Positions 1-10,569 are shown, numbered from the stretch's first letter. The stretch: 64,000 nt of DNA from Spirochaetota bacterium (GCA_043803405.1 JAZDKB010000015.1:32001-96000), one strand, 5' to 3'. Made by a program: numbers and translations. Notes: generated by a model not told the origin, from the letters alone.

Positions 1-904
1 TGATGAAGAAACGCATTTTGTGCCCGAAAACGTCGTGTACAGGATGAAATATTTTATTTAAAATAAATCCGAGTCCAAGCGCCCGTAATACCGGACCGCT
101 TTTAAGAAAGAACATGAACATGCGGAATTTGGCTTTTGACTGCGCTTTAAGTTTATTAACAAGGCCGTCGAAGAACAGCTCCCACATCTGGGGCGCTGCC
201 GGGAATATGGTAACAGGATTTTCCGCAAGGGCTTTAATGATGTCCGGGCCTTTAAGGGAATTTAAAAACGCGATGGTACTTCCGGAAACAAGGGGAGCCA
301 TAAAGGTAGCTTCAAAAGCATATACGTGATACAGCGGAAGCATGGCCAGCGTTACATCATCAGGAGTATATTCTTCCAGCCTGGTACAGTCAATTGCAAC
401 GCTCATAATGTTGCCGTGCGTAAGGGCAACGATCTTCGGATTGCCGGTTGTGCCGGAAGTAAACAGCAGCGAAGCGATATCATCCATACCGGTTGAAGGT
501 TCTTTTAATTTAGCTGATTTGACAGCCGGTGGTTCATCCTCAATATTATAAACTTTAATTGTTTTGAAAACGCCCCGGAACTGGCCCGACACAAAAGCCG
601 CGCGTATACCTGCGCTCTTTGCCATTTCCCTGTACTTTGCCGCAGAAAAGTTTGTATCCATCGGCAGAGCTACGGCACCGATCGCAGTTATTGCCATGTA
701 ACTAACGCACCATTCCGGGGAATTCACGGCAAGGATGGCGATAACATCTCCTTTTTTATAGCCTTTCTTTTGCAGGAATATCGCCCTATTTTTTGTTCTT
801 TGCCAGGCTTCGCCGAAACTGATGTTCTGATTTTTAAAGAGTATGCGCTCTGCATGAGTTTCGCAGAACGACCGGTAAGCAGTAAAAAGATTTTTTATTT
901 CCAT
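1..904 (-). CDS. AMP-binding (long-chain acyl-CoA synthetase-like) enzyme, runs off the left edge
   Basis: Not in the ORF track. Manual translation from ATG 904: MEIKNLFTAY...GYKKGDVIAILAVNSPEW...DIASLLFTSGTTGNPKIVALTHGNI, which contains the adenylate-forming P-loop. GAGG RBS upstream. Confidence 0.85.
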   Translation of the reverse strand, partial: MEIKNLFTAYRSFCETHAERILFKNQNISFGEAWQRTKNRAIFLQKKGYKKGDVIAILAVNSPEWCVSYMAITAIGAVALPMDTNFSAAKYREMAKSAGIRAAFVSGQFRGVFKTIKVYNIEDEPPAVKSAKLKEPSTGMDDIASLLFTSGTTGNPKIVALTHGNIMSVAIDCTRLEEYTPDDVTLAMLPLYHVYAFEATFMAPLVSGSTIAFLNSLKGPDIIKALAENPVTIFPAAPQMWELFFDGLVNKLKAQSKAKFRMFMFFLKSGPVLRALGLGFILNKIFHPVHDVFGHKMRFFI

Positions 905-1201
905 ATAGCCTCATTTTTGCAAGTGGATCTTAAGCAGAAAAATTAAAATTGAGTTCGGAAAACTAATTACTGAGTATAATGGTTTTTAAACACGCTCTCT
1001 GTGTGCTTATTACAGCAGATAAATAATTATCTGCCGGAACAAGCTCTGAGTAAATAACGATTTTGCGAAATATGATAAATAAGTATAAAAGCTTTGTAAA
1101 ATGTCAATAAGAATCCGGATATCCCCGGACGCCGCTTGAACAGGATTTTACTGTTCTAAAATATATTGATTGAAATAAAATTATATGATATTATTATCCG
1201 T

Positions 1202-1219
1202 GAACTGTTAAAACAGTTC
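1202..1219. promoter_or_regulatory. Perfect palindrome, possible operator
   Basis: GAACTGTT-AA-AACAGTTC in the divergent intergenic region. Confidence 0.3.
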
Positions 1220-1244
1220 TCTGCCTGAAAATTATGTATTATAT

Positions 1245-1349
1245 TTGTTGCAAATCTAAAGTGTCATTTCGACCGAAGGGAGAAATCTACCTTCGACAAT
1301 TAAGAGATTTCTCGTCGCTATGCTCCTAGAAATTACAGTTTTGCAACAA
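1245..1349. repeat. Palindromic (REP/RPE-like) element
   Basis: Outer inverted repeat TTGTTGCAAA...TTTGCAACAA. Inner GTCATTTCGA..GAGAAATCT / AGATTTCTC..TAGAAATTAC inverted repeat. Confidence 0.6.
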
Positions 1350-1410
1350 GTCAATTATATTAACCGTATAATGTAAATGGCTTAAATGGATCAAAAGGAA
1401 AATTACAGTT

Positions 1411-1896
1411 ATGAAAATAAGAAAACTCACATTGGAAAACTATACTAAGGTTTACGCATTGCTTCGGCAGTCATTTCCTGAAAGCGATTGCGAAGAACAG
1501 TTAGTTGAAAATCTTCATAAAAATAACAGGCCTCTTCATGAGTGGATATGCATCAAGAATGGCAGAACCGCAGCATATATCGCTTTCTCAAACGCGTATT
1601 TCAGGGCAAAGATATGCGGGCTGCATCTGGCTCCGCTGGCTGTTAATCCGGATCATCAGCGAATGGGAATAGGCTCCGAACTTCTCCGCTTTGCGCTGAG
1701 GCAGGAAGCAATAAGGAACAGCACAATCTTTGTTCTGGGCGATCCTGAATTTTACAAAAAATTCGGGTTCGAGCCCTGCGCAATGCCGATATGCCCGTTC
1801 GATGAGAACAACGCACATTTCCTGGCTCTGCGCAATAATACAACCAGCCAGTTTACAGTGGGATATGAACCTGAATTTAAAATTGGGATAAAATAA
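1411..1896 (+). CDS. GNAT family N-acetyltransferase (YhbS-like)
   Basis: LAPLAVNPDHQRMGIGSEL acetyl-CoA motif and VLGDPEFYKKFGF. Confidence 0.9.
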   Translation: MKIRKLTLENYTKVYALLRQSFPESDCEEQLVENLHKNNRPLHEWICIKNGRTAAYIAFSNAYFRAKICGLHLAPLAVNPDHQRMGIGSELLRFALRQEAIRNSTIFVLGDPEFYKKFGFEPCAMPICPFDENNAHFLALRNNTTSQFTVGYEPEFKIGIK

Positions 1897-1900
1897 AATT

Positions 1901-2056
1901 CCACGGGCAAGCCCCTGGTACTGACGTACCAGCCGCCACCTGCGGTGTCGGCGGGGTATTATGTTTCAAGGCCTTATCGATTTTTGTGCAAGCACAAAAA
2001 TCGATAGGCTTTCATCCTCGATGCAAGCGTCGAGGTATTACGCCTTGAAATAAAAA
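1901..2056. mobile_element. Multi-hairpin palindromic element (possible non-autonomous HUH/IS200-IS605-type element)
   Basis: Three hairpins centred on GCAAGC, plus CTGGTAC/GTACCAG and TTTCAAGGC/GCCTTGAAA stems. The 3' end recurs at 34176-34205. Confidence 0.5.
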
Positions 2057-2069
2057 AGGAATAACGCAT

Positions 2070-4850
2070 TTGCAAAAATTTAAAACAGGGCAACGCTGGA
2101 TCAGCGAGATGGAGCTGAACCTTGGGCTTGGTACAGTCAAAGAGATCAACAAACGTACGGTGAACATCTATTTCGCTGCAAGCGACTGCACACGCCTATA
2201 TGCCATTGCTTCCGCGCCTATAAAAAGGGTCGAGTTCAATGAAGGAGATATAATCCAGTCCCGTGACGGGCTGAACATTACAGTAAAAGCAAAATCGGAA
2301 AAAGACGGTATTATAATATATCACAGTGACGATATTGACCTGCCCGAAACCGAACTGAAGGATTCAATAAGCTTTACAACGCCGAAAGAGCGCCTGATTG
2401 GCGGGCTTACGGATGCCAGCAGCGATTTTAACCTGCGCTTCAGGGCTCTCGATTTTCAGCACAGGATGCGCCGCTCGCGCGTACGCGGATTCACAGGCGG
2501 GCGAATAAACCTTATCCCTCATCAGCTCTATGTCGCTAACGAGATAACCTCCATGCATGCGCCGCGCGCGCTTTTATCCGACGAAACAGGACTTGGCAAA
2601 ACCATAGAAACATGCCTTGTACTGCACCGCCTTCTGCTTTGCGAAAGAATTGATCGTGTCCTGATACTTGTACCTAACTCCCTGGTAAATCAATGGTTCG
2701 TTGAATTACTGAGGCGGTTCAACATCATTGTCAGGATATTCGATCCTGATTTAAAAGAATCAATGAAATCTTCGGACTCCGGTGTGAATCCGTTTTTAGA
2801 AAGCCAGCTGTGCATAAGCAGTACGGATTTTTTAACGTATGATAATGACTGGAGAAATTATGCAGTAGAAGCAGGCTGGGATATGGTCATTATAGACGAG
2901 GCCCATCATCTTCTGGAAGACAGCCCGGAATACCGCTTTGCAAAAGACCTTGGTGCAGTATCGGCAGGGTTATTGCTCCTGACCGCCACTCCCGAACAGT
3001 TCGGGACCCGCAGCCATTTTTCCCGCCTGCATCTTCTTGATCCGGAGAGATATTTTGACTTCGGGCTTTTTGAAAAAGAAGAGAACGAGTACTTTAAAAT
3101 ATCCGGAATTATAAACAAGCTTCTTGAAAAAGAAAAACTTAATGAAGATGAAGCAAAGATTCTTTCTTCAATATGCCATGGTATTTATTGTGCAACGGAT
3201 ACATTTCCTGCGGCCGCGGATATACCTGGATTAATTAAAGCCCTGCTGGACAGGTTCGGCGCAGGCCGCGCTATATTCAGGAACACAAGAGCAGTAATGA
3301 AAGGCTTCCCTGAACGGATCGCGAACCTGATCCCTCTGAAAGGCAGCTCCGACAACATAAAAAACATTGCAGCAGAATTCGAATCCGATTCTGCGGTATT
3401 TGATTTCAGTAATGATCCGAGGATAACATGGCTCGTATCTTTTATCCAAAATAATAAAGATAAAAAAGTCCTGCTGATCTGCCGCAGCATGGAAAAAGCA
3501 ATCGCGATAGGAAAAGCCCTGAGAAAGCTGATCAATGCCGACATTGCTCTTTTCCATGAGAATCTTTCCCTTCTTCAGAGGGACCAGAATGCAGCGAGAT
3601 TCGCCCACGAGAGCGGAGCCCGAATGCTGATCTGTTCGGAAATCGGGAGTGAAGGCCGCAATTTCCAGTTTTCGCACGACCTTGTACTGTTTGATCTTCC
3701 GCCTGACCCGGAGCTTCTGGAGCAGCGCATAGGCAGGCTTGACCGCATTGGGCAGGAAGAAACAATCAATATTCATATACTTTATCTGACAGGCAGCGCT
3801 TACGAAATACTCGCGCGCTGGTATCATTATGGCCTGGATGCTTTTGAACATAATGTTCCCGGAGCGCACAAGGTATATCAGGCTATGGGCGACCGCGTCA
3901 AGGAGATTGCATCCGCAATTGACTTTTCACAGCTGGAACCGGTCATTGAAGCATCCCGCGCCCTGTGCGCTGAAACAGCGCAGAAATTGCATGAGGGACG
4001 CGACAGGCTGCTCGAGCTTAATTCATTCAGCCAGGATGTCGCAGAGAGTATCATTGACGAAATTATAACGCTCGATAGCGAACCTGAACTTGAGGAACTG
4101 ATGCTGGATATTTTTCACGCTTACGGCATCCGGGAGGATTTTATTTCCACTAAAACATACAAGCTTACAACGGTTTTATCCGGCCCGGATTTCCCGCTTC
4201 CTGCATCCAGAAGCGGCGAGCTTCGAATAACATTTGACAGGAAAAAAGCGCTTAGCCGCGAGGATATCGAATTTATCAGCAGTGACCACCCCATGGTTAC
4301 AGGCTCGCTTGAACTGCTTCTCGGTTCGGAAAAAGGCAATGCAGCCGCTGTAGTATGGCGCCATGCCGGGAGCAGGGAAATACTCCTGGAAGCTGTCTAT
4401 GTCCTTGAATGCGTTGCTCCGAAAAAATTATACGCTGACCGCTTTCTGCCGCCGGTGCCTGTGCGCTCAGTAGTAAATCACGAACTAAAAGATTATACAT
4501 ATAATTTCAATCCTGCGGCAGTAAAGCCAGAAGACATGGCTTTTTCAGATATCTGCAATGACCCGACAATCAAACAATTGCTTCCAGCGATGATGGCCAA
4601 ATGCACTGAACTGGCCGAAGGCAGTGCATGCGAAATAAGGAGCAGAGCAGCGGGTGAAATGGAAGCTGCTCTCGGCAGGGAGGTCGAACGCGTTACCGGA
4701 CTGCACAAAATAAATAAAAATATTAAAGAAGATGTGATTCTGCATTATAAAAAAGAAGCAAACCTGCTGGGGGACGCAATAAGGTCGGCCAGGCTGAGGC
4801 TCGATTCACTGCGCTTTATTTTCAAAGGCGATGATGAAGCAGGTGTCTGA
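2070..4850 (+). CDS. rapA: RNA polymerase-associated SNF2-family ATPase RapA/HepA
   Basis: N-terminal FKTGQRWISEMELNLGLG, DETGLGKT, DEAHH, SEIGSEGRNFQF, LEQRIGRLDRIGQ, RapA C-terminal region. TTG start with AAGGA RBS. Confidence 0.93.
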   Translation: MQKFKTGQRWISEMELNLGLGTVKEINKRTVNIYFAASDCTRLYAIASAPIKRVEFNEGDIIQSRDGLNITVKAKSEKDGIIIYHSDDIDLPETELKDSISFTTPKERLIGGLTDASSDFNLRFRALDFQHRMRRSRVRGFTGGRINLIPHQLYVANEITSMHAPRALLSDETGLGKTIETCLVLHRLLLCERIDRVLILVPNSLVNQWFVELLRRFNIIVRIFDPDLKESMKSSDSGVNPFLESQLCISSTDFLTYDNDWRNYAVEAGWDMVIIDEAHHLLEDSPEYRFAKDLGAVSAGLLLLTATPEQFGTRSHFSRLHLLDPERYFDFGLFEKEENEYFKISGIINKLLEKEKLNEDEAKILSSICHGIYCATDTFPAAADIPGLIKALLDRFGAGRAIFRNTRAVMKGFPERIANLIPLKGSSDNIKNIAAEFESDSAVFDFSNDPRITWLVSFIQNNKDKKVLLICRSMEKAIAIGKALRKLINADIALFHENLSLLQRDQNAARFAHESGARMLICSEIGSEGRNFQFSHDLVLFDLPPDPELLEQRIGRLDRIGQEETINIHILYLTGSAYEILARWYHYGLDAFEHNVPGAHKVYQAMGDRVKEIASAIDFSQLEPVIEASRALCAETAQKLHEGRDRLLELNSFSQDVAESIIDEIITLDSEPELEELMLDIFHAYGIREDFISTKTYKLTTVLSGPDFPLPASRSGELRITFDRKKALSREDIEFISSDHPMVTGSLELLLGSEKGNAAAVVWRHAGSREILLEAVYVLECVAPKKLYADRFLPPVPVRSVVNHELKDYTYNFNPAAVKPEDMAFSDICNDPTIKQLLPAMMAKCTELAEGSACEIRSRAAGEMEAALGREVERVTGLHKINKNIKEDVILHYKKEANLLGDAIRSARLRLDSLRFIFKGDDEAGV

Positions 4851-4941
4851 TCCGGAAATTCCATTATTTGTTTCAGATTTGCCCCTAAAATATCGATATA
4901 ATTATTGATAAGCATATTCGGGACCAGCATAAAATTACGTA

Positions 4942-7176
4942 ATGAAAATTTTTGGTTTTTTTAATAGTTTCAGTGATTCATTTCTTGAAGAATATTCCGG
5001 TGAAGATTATATAACCAGACAAAAAGCAAGAACTCTGCTTTACATTCTTTTTGCAATAGAATTCGTTCTCCTCCCTGTCTTTACCGTTGCGGAATACATA
5101 CGCTATCCGGCACCGATCAATTTTCTTATTCCCTTTATTACCCTGTTCCTCATAGCATTGATCATCATAATTTTTAAAAAAGGACATTACACAGCCGCAG
5201 CGCATGCCCTGATAATCTGTATATTCGCAGCCCTCTGGCTTATAAATTTTATTGGAAGCAACGATGTAAATATATTAAGCAGGATGGATAATATTATGAT
5301 TATCCTGGCTGCCTTTACCTTGCCAGCCCTTATCATTGATAGAAGAGCAGGTGATATTATTATTTATTTTTTTGTAAATTTAATCTTCCTGATTTTATTT
5401 TTTATCCAGATGAAATTTGTTTTTAATTTGCCCATGGATGTAATTACCGAATACGCGGTTGATTCGCTTTGCTCCCTTTGCTTCATTGGACTCACTTCTT
5501 ACCAGATAGTAGTTATAAACATGCGCGCCCTGGACAGCGCCAGGCATGCCGAATTCACAATTACGGCAAAGAATGAAGAACTTGTATCCTCCAACGAGGA
5601 ATTTGAAAGCATAAACAACGAACTCAGACAATCGCAGCAGGAACTCATAAAAAGCGAGGAGGAACTGCGGCAGAGCCAGGAACGCTATAAAAACATTATC
5701 GAAAGCATTGAAGAAGGATATTTCGAGACCGATCTTTACGGAAGGTTTATTTTCGCAAACAGCGCCCTGTTGAAAATCACGGGTTATACGGAAGATGAAG
5801 TGATGGATCCTGATTTCCGTCTGTACGGATCCAGTGATTCGGACGTGGAAATAAGCTCCATTTTAATGGAGCTTTACAAAGCAGGTAAACCGGCGGACAT
5901 AATTGACTTTGAAATTACAACGAAAGATGATGAAAAAAAAATAATCGAGATGTCTTCAAATGCAATCAGGGATACCTATGGAGCTATTGTCGGGTCAAGA
6001 GGGATCATCCGCGATGTGACACAGAAGAAAAAGCAAATGGATGAAATATTTAAAATTAAAAAGATTGAGTCCATCGGTCTTCTTGCAGGCGGTATAGCCC
6101 ACGATTTTAATAATATGCTTACTGCTATTTTAGGCAACCTGTCCCTTGCAAAAATGAATATAAATCCTGATGATGAAAATTGCGGTATAATATCCGACGC
6201 CGAAGAGGCTGCCCTGCGGGCAAAGGATCTGACCCAGCAGCTGCTTACATTTTCGAGAGGCGGAGCCCCGGTAAAAAAAATAGCATCCATACAAGACCTT
6301 TTAACGGATACTGTAAAATTTGTGCTGCGCGGCTCACACATAATCCCGGAATTCAGCATCGATGAAAATCTATATAATGCGGAGATCGACACAGGCCAGA
6401 TAAGTCAGGTCATTCATAATCTTGTCATCAATTCCATGCAGGCCATGCCGGATGCGGGTGCCATAAAACTAAGCGCAAAAAATTCCCGTATTGCGAACGG
6501 AGAAATCACTTCCCTGCCGGAAGGAGATTACATAAAAATATCCATAACCGATGAAGGTGACGGAATTCCGGAAGAGATACTCCCGTATATTTTCGATCCT
6601 TATTTTACATCAAAAGAAAATGGAACAGGACTTGGCCTTGCAATAACCTATTCCATAATTAAAAAGCACGGGGGTTATATTATTCCGGAGTCTATGCCCG
6701 GCAATGGCACAACATTTAACATTTATCTGCCTGCGTCGGCAAACACGGAAAACCTGGAAAAGGAAAATAATTTTTCAGCAGTAAACAGGCTGTATAATGC
6801 AAATAAAAAAGCCCTGATTATGGATGATGAGCTCATAGTAATCAACACGACTTCTTCAATGCTTAAGCAGCTGGGCTTTGAGGTTGATCATGCTTTGAAC
6901 GGCGAAGAAGCAATTGCAAAATATAAAAACCGCTATAGTTCGGGAAATCCGTTTGACCTCGTAATAATGGATCTTACAATACCCGGAAGCATGGGCGGGA
7001 AAGAAGCAATTAAGATACTTACAGGATTTGATCCTTCCGTTAAAGCCATTGTGTCGAGCGGATATTCCAACGACCCTGTTATGGCTGAATATAAAGCGCA
7101 CGGATTCTCGGGAGTTATTGTAAAGCCTTACGGTGTAAGGGACCTTGCGGAATTAATTCAGAATATCCTCATCTGA
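4942..7176 (+). CDS. Membrane hybrid sensor histidine kinase (TM-PAS-HisKA-HATPase-REC)
   Basis: About 6 TM segments, PAS, GIAHDFNN H-box, GTGLGL, receiver DLVIMD. Confidence 0.92.
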   Translation: MKIFGFFNSFSDSFLEEYSGEDYITRQKARTLLYILFAIEFVLLPVFTVAEYIRYPAPINFLIPFITLFLIALIIIIFKKGHYTAAAHALIICIFAALWLINFIGSNDVNILSRMDNIMIILAAFTLPALIIDRRAGDIIIYFFVNLIFLILFFIQMKFVFNLPMDVITEYAVDSLCSLCFIGLTSYQIVVINMRALDSARHAEFTITAKNEELVSSNEEFESINNELRQSQQELIKSEEELRQSQERYKNIIESIEEGYFETDLYGRFIFANSALLKITGYTEDEVMDPDFRLYGSSDSDVEISSILMELYKAGKPADIIDFEITTKDDEKKIIEMSSNAIRDTYGAIVGSRGIIRDVTQKKKQMDEIFKIKKIESIGLLAGGIAHDFNNMLTAILGNLSLAKMNINPDDENCGIISDAEEAALRAKDLTQQLLTFSRGGAPVKKIASIQDLLTDTVKFVLRGSHIIPEFSIDENLYNAEIDTGQISQVIHNLVINSMQAMPDAGAIKLSAKNSRIANGEITSLPEGDYIKISITDEGDGIPEEILPYIFDPYFTSKENGTGLGLAITYSIIKKHGGYIIPESMPGNGTTFNIYLPASANTENLEKENNFSAVNRLYNANKKALIMDDELIVINTTSSMLKQLGFEVDHALNGEEAIAKYKNRYSSGNPFDLVIMDLTIPGSMGGKEAIKILTGFDPSVKAIVSSGYSNDPVMAEYKAHGFSGVIVKPYGVRDLAELIQNILI

Positions 7177-7268
7177 CCCTGCCTAATAACACTGCACCAC
7201 TCACTAAATATTTATTGAAATTTATTACTGCAGGTACTAGTATTAAAAGACAATATAACCAGTTATTT

Positions 7269-7287
7269 AACATCGATTCTCATTATC
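7269..7287 (-). promoter_or_regulatory. Possible Fur/PerR box
   Basis: Minus strand GATAATGAGAATCGATGTT matches 14/19 of GATAATGATAATCATTATC, upstream of a ferritin-like gene. Confidence 0.35.
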
Positions 7288-7405
7288 ATAAAATGAATGC
7301 AACAGAGAGAATTAATTCTGCATGTAATTCGAAGTAATACAAGGTTTACGAAAACCAGATGTATTAATACTGGTCAATTAAATATTTTTTAAAGGAGAAA
7401 AATTT

Positions 7406-7861
7406 ATGACACTTGATGATTACAAGAAAATCATTTCAAATGCGATTCTCAATGAAATTGAGGCGTATACGTTTTACAATGCAGTAGCCAACAAAGTAAA
7501 AGATATAAAACTGAAGGAAATGTTCACTTCACTTGCAGGGGAAGAGCAAAAACATAAACTTACACTGGAGGGCTTCCTCAAGAAAGCTCCGGAAAAAATT
7601 CATTTTTCCGCGTCAAAGGATTATAAGGTTGCTGACACACTTCCCACTCCACCGCTGACTATTGACCTCAAACCGCTGGATGCTTTGATTATAGCCATCA
7701 AGAAGGAACTGGAAGCCATGCAAATGTACACCCAACTGGCAAATGCAAGCGCGGATGAGGGGCAAAAGAAAATATTTGCCGAGCTGGTGTCCATGGAGAG
7801 AGGACATAAAAGTAAACTTGAAGACATTTATACAGATATGGCATTCCCCGAAGTTTGGTGA
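7406..7861 (+). CDS. Rubrerythrin/ferritin-like di-iron protein
   Basis: Duplicated E..A..FY...EExxH / E..A..MY...ExxH motifs. AGGAG RBS. Confidence 0.88.
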   Translation: MTLDDYKKIISNAILNEIEAYTFYNAVANKVKDIKLKEMFTSLAGEEQKHKLTLEGFLKKAPEKIHFSASKDYKVADTLPTPPLTIDLKPLDALIIAIKKELEAMQMYTQLANASADEGQKKIFAELVSMERGHKSKLEDIYTDMAFPEVW

Positions 7862-7976
7862 GTTCAATAGTTATGAAAAATAAAGCCCATTGTTTATTAT
7901 TATCAATGAAATTGCAAATATCAGACCGGCGGAAAAAAGGATGATTTTACAATATAGCCGCACCCTAAGTTAAAAA

Positions 7977-8876
7977 TCATCCTTTATAAAAATCTTTTAT
8001 GGGCTTTATTTTTTTATTTGCGGGAATGCCTGCCTTAATGAATGTCCCGTTATCCAGCTCCTCGAATGCAGTCCGCAGCTCTGCCTGTGTGTTCATTACA
8101 ATAGGCCCACCCCATGCTATCGGCTCATTCAGGGGTTTACCGGAAACAAGAATGAATCTAAGCCTTTTAGAATCTGCTGCCGCAATTGATATCTTATTTC
8201 CGCTGCCGAAAAGCGCACCCTGCCCTTCCGAACATTTTCTTCCTTCATCATCAAAATCGCCTTTGCCTTCAAGGACAAAAGCAAACGCATTGAATTCCTG
8301 CGAAATATTAAATTCAAAAAATACGCCCGGCTCAAGTGTGATATCGAAATAGTCTGGATTTCCTGTAATATCCTGAGCAGCCCCCGGAGTCCCGTTGTAT
8401 TGTCCGGATATAATTTTAACGCTTATTCCTTTTGCATGATTTATTTCCGGAACGCTGCCTGCATTTAAATCGCGGTAACGCGGTTCGCTCATCTTTTCAG
8501 CTTTCGGAAGATTGACCCATAGCTGAAGTCCTTTCATTGTGCCTATATACGGCCTGGGCATCTCCTGGTGAATTATGCCGCTTCCTGCAGTCATCCATTG
8601 AATATCCCCGGATTTAATCTTGCCTGAATTTCCAAGGCTGTCGCCGTGTTCAACTTCGCCTTCTATCATATATGTTACTGTCTCTATTCCCCTGTGGGGA
8701 TGCCACGGAAATCCCGCGACATAGTCATCCGGGTTTGATGATCCGAAATGGTCGAGCATAAGGAACGGGTCGAATTGCGGTATTTCCGCAGTTGCAAAAA
8801 CCCTTTTCAGTTTAACGCCTGCTCCTTCGACTGTGGGCCTTTCTGTGAATATTTTTTTTACTTTTCTTGTATTCAT
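7977..8876 (-). CDS. Pirin family protein
   Basis: DPFLMLDH, GFPWHPHRGIETVTY, QWMTAGSGIIHQE, GPIVMNT. Confidence 0.95.
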   Translation of the reverse strand: MNTRKVKKIFTERPTVEGAGVKLKRVFATAEIPQFDPFLMLDHFGSSNPDDYVAGFPWHPHRGIETVTYMIEGEVEHGDSLGNSGKIKSGDIQWMTAGSGIIHQEMPRPYIGTMKGLQLWVNLPKAEKMSEPRYRDLNAGSVPEINHAKGISVKIISGQYNGTPGAAQDITGNPDYFDITLEPGVFFEFNISQEFNAFAFVLEGKGDFDDEGRKCSEGQGALFGSGNKISIAAADSKRLRFILVSGKPLNEPIAWGGPIVMNTQAELRTAFEELDNGTFIKAGIPANKKIKPIKDFYKG

Positions 8877-9009
8877 AATCTTCTCCGTTCTAAACTGAAT
8901 TTTGGAAAGATATTTGCAGGTATTTAATCGTTGCTAAAAATTATTAAAAATATACTTTGTATTTAATATTATAAAAATAAAATTTGCAAGAAATTTAGTT
9001 AAATATAGA

Positions 9010-9053
9010 GGGGCGAACCCATGAGTTCGCCCTTGGCTTTGCGTGTTCGCCCT
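9010..9053 (+). repeat. REP-like palindrome plus half copy
   Basis: GGGCGAAC-CCATGA-GTTCGCCC followed by GTGTTCGCCCT. Same family as 39652-39738. Confidence 0.65.
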
Positions 9054-9129
9054 GGGACCATTATATTGACAATATATTTGGCCGAAATTTAATTCTCACA
9101 ACTTTTATACAGGCGTAAATGGATAAATA

Positions 9130-9633
9130 ATGTCAGTAATACAAAAGCATAACCGGTTTATAGCAATCGACTTTGAAACCGCAAATTTCGAAACAACAAG
9201 CGCATGCGCGCTGGGCATTGCAGTGGTTGAAAATCTTTCGGTTACAGAGGAATTTTACACGCTTATTAAGCCTCCTTCGGATTATTTTACATTTACAGAT
9301 ATCCATGGCATTACATGGGATGATGTGAAAGATAAAATGACATTTAGAGAGCTTTGGCCCGGAATTCAGAACTATTTCGAAAATATTGATTTCGTTGCAG
9401 CGCATAATGTCGGATTCGACAGAACGATTCTTAAATGCTGCTGCACTCATTATAACATAAATATACCGGAAGTAAATTATAAGTGCACATGGCAGCTTTC
9501 AAGAAAGAGGCTTAGGCTTAAAAGCAATGCACTCGATAAGGTAAGCGCTCATTTCGGGATCAAGCTTAACCATCATAATGCGTTATCCGACGCAAAAGCA
9601 TGCGCAAAAATTATGATCAATTTTTTACTATGA
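9130..9633 (+). CDS. DEDDh 3'-5' exonuclease (DnaQ-like)
   Basis: IAIDFETAN, AHNVGFD, HHNALSDAKAC. Confidence 0.92.
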   Translation: MSVIQKHNRFIAIDFETANFETTSACALGIAVVENLSVTEEFYTLIKPPSDYFTFTDIHGITWDDVKDKMTFRELWPGIQNYFENIDFVAAHNVGFDRTILKCCCTHYNINIPEVNYKCTWQLSRKRLRLKSNALDKVSAHFGIKLNHHNALSDAKACAKIMINFLL

Positions 9634-9868
9634 AGGGATGTCTGAACCAGTGATTAAAATGATTTCAAATGATTTTGCAGATTACGCCAGTGCTTAATCG
9701 TAGCCGAAGGCCATTTTAATCTGCGATTCTGGAGTTATCAACGATTAAAAAGAGGTTGAAATTATATTTTAATAATTGTATGTATTGATTAATTGATATC
9801 TGAATAAATAATAGAAAGCATTATATTTATTTCTAATATAGAATAGAGTGTAAAAGGGGAAATTTCTA

Positions 9869-10180
9869 ATGCAAAATTATTTAACTGGAAAAATAAAAGA
9901 AAAAATACTCAGTATTGAACATGATGCTGTAATAATTCTTTATGGCTCGCGCGCCAGAAAGGATTATAGGGAGACATCGGACTGGGACTATCTGATTCTT
10001 ATTAATGGTGTTGTAAATTCCGCCAGAATAGACCGCATACGTTCAGCGCTTTATGAAATTGAAGTTGAAACAGACCAGATTATAAATTCGATTATCCGCA
10101 GCCGCGAGGAATGGGAAAGCCCTAAATACAGCGTTCTTCCATTTCATAAAAACATTGAACGCGAAGGCATTCGAATATGA
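9869..10180 (+). CDS. Minimal nucleotidyltransferase (MNT), putative antitoxin
   Basis: LYGSRARKDYRETSDWD (GS-x10-DxD). ATGA overlap with the next gene. Confidence 0.9.
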   Translation: MQNYLTGKIKEKILSIEHDAVIILYGSRARKDYRETSDWDYLILINGVVNSARIDRIRSALYEIEVETDQIINSIIRSREEWESPKYSVLPFHKNIEREGIRI

Positions 10181-10569
10181 TTCAGGCTAAAAAAGATTTA
10201 CTGAATTACCGCATATCAAGAGCTGAAGAATCTCTTGAAGAAACAAGAATTCTCGCATCCGCGTCACATTGGAATGCATGTGTAAATAGATTGTATTATG
10301 CATGCTTCTATATCGTATCCGCCTTACTTATTAAAAACGATCTCTCATCAGCAAAACACTCCGGTATCCGCTCTTTGTTTAACCGGTATTATGTTAAAAC
10401 CGGAATAATTGCAAAGAATATTGCAGAAATTTATAATTTTCTTTTTGAAAGAAGGCAGGAAAGCGATTATGATGACTTTGTTACTTTCAGCGAATTTGAT
10501 GTTACTCCATGGATTGATGATACTGATATATTTATAAATATTATTAAGAAATTATTAACTGAAGAATAA
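10177..10569 (+). CDS. HEPN domain protein
   Basis: NRLYYACF, KHSG, RQESDY. Translationally coupled to MNT. Confidence 0.88.
   Translation: MIQAKKDLLNYRISRAEESLEETRILASASHWNACVNRLYYACFYIVSALLIKNDLSSAKHSGIRSLFNRYYVKTGIIAKNIAEIYNFLFERRQESDYDDFVTFSEFDVTPWIDDTDIFINIIKKLLTEE

Noticed and set aside
9640..9740. Inverted repeat GATTAAAATG/CATTTTAATC after the exonuclease
   Set aside because: Short, AT-rich and single copy in the window, so it cannot be assigned.
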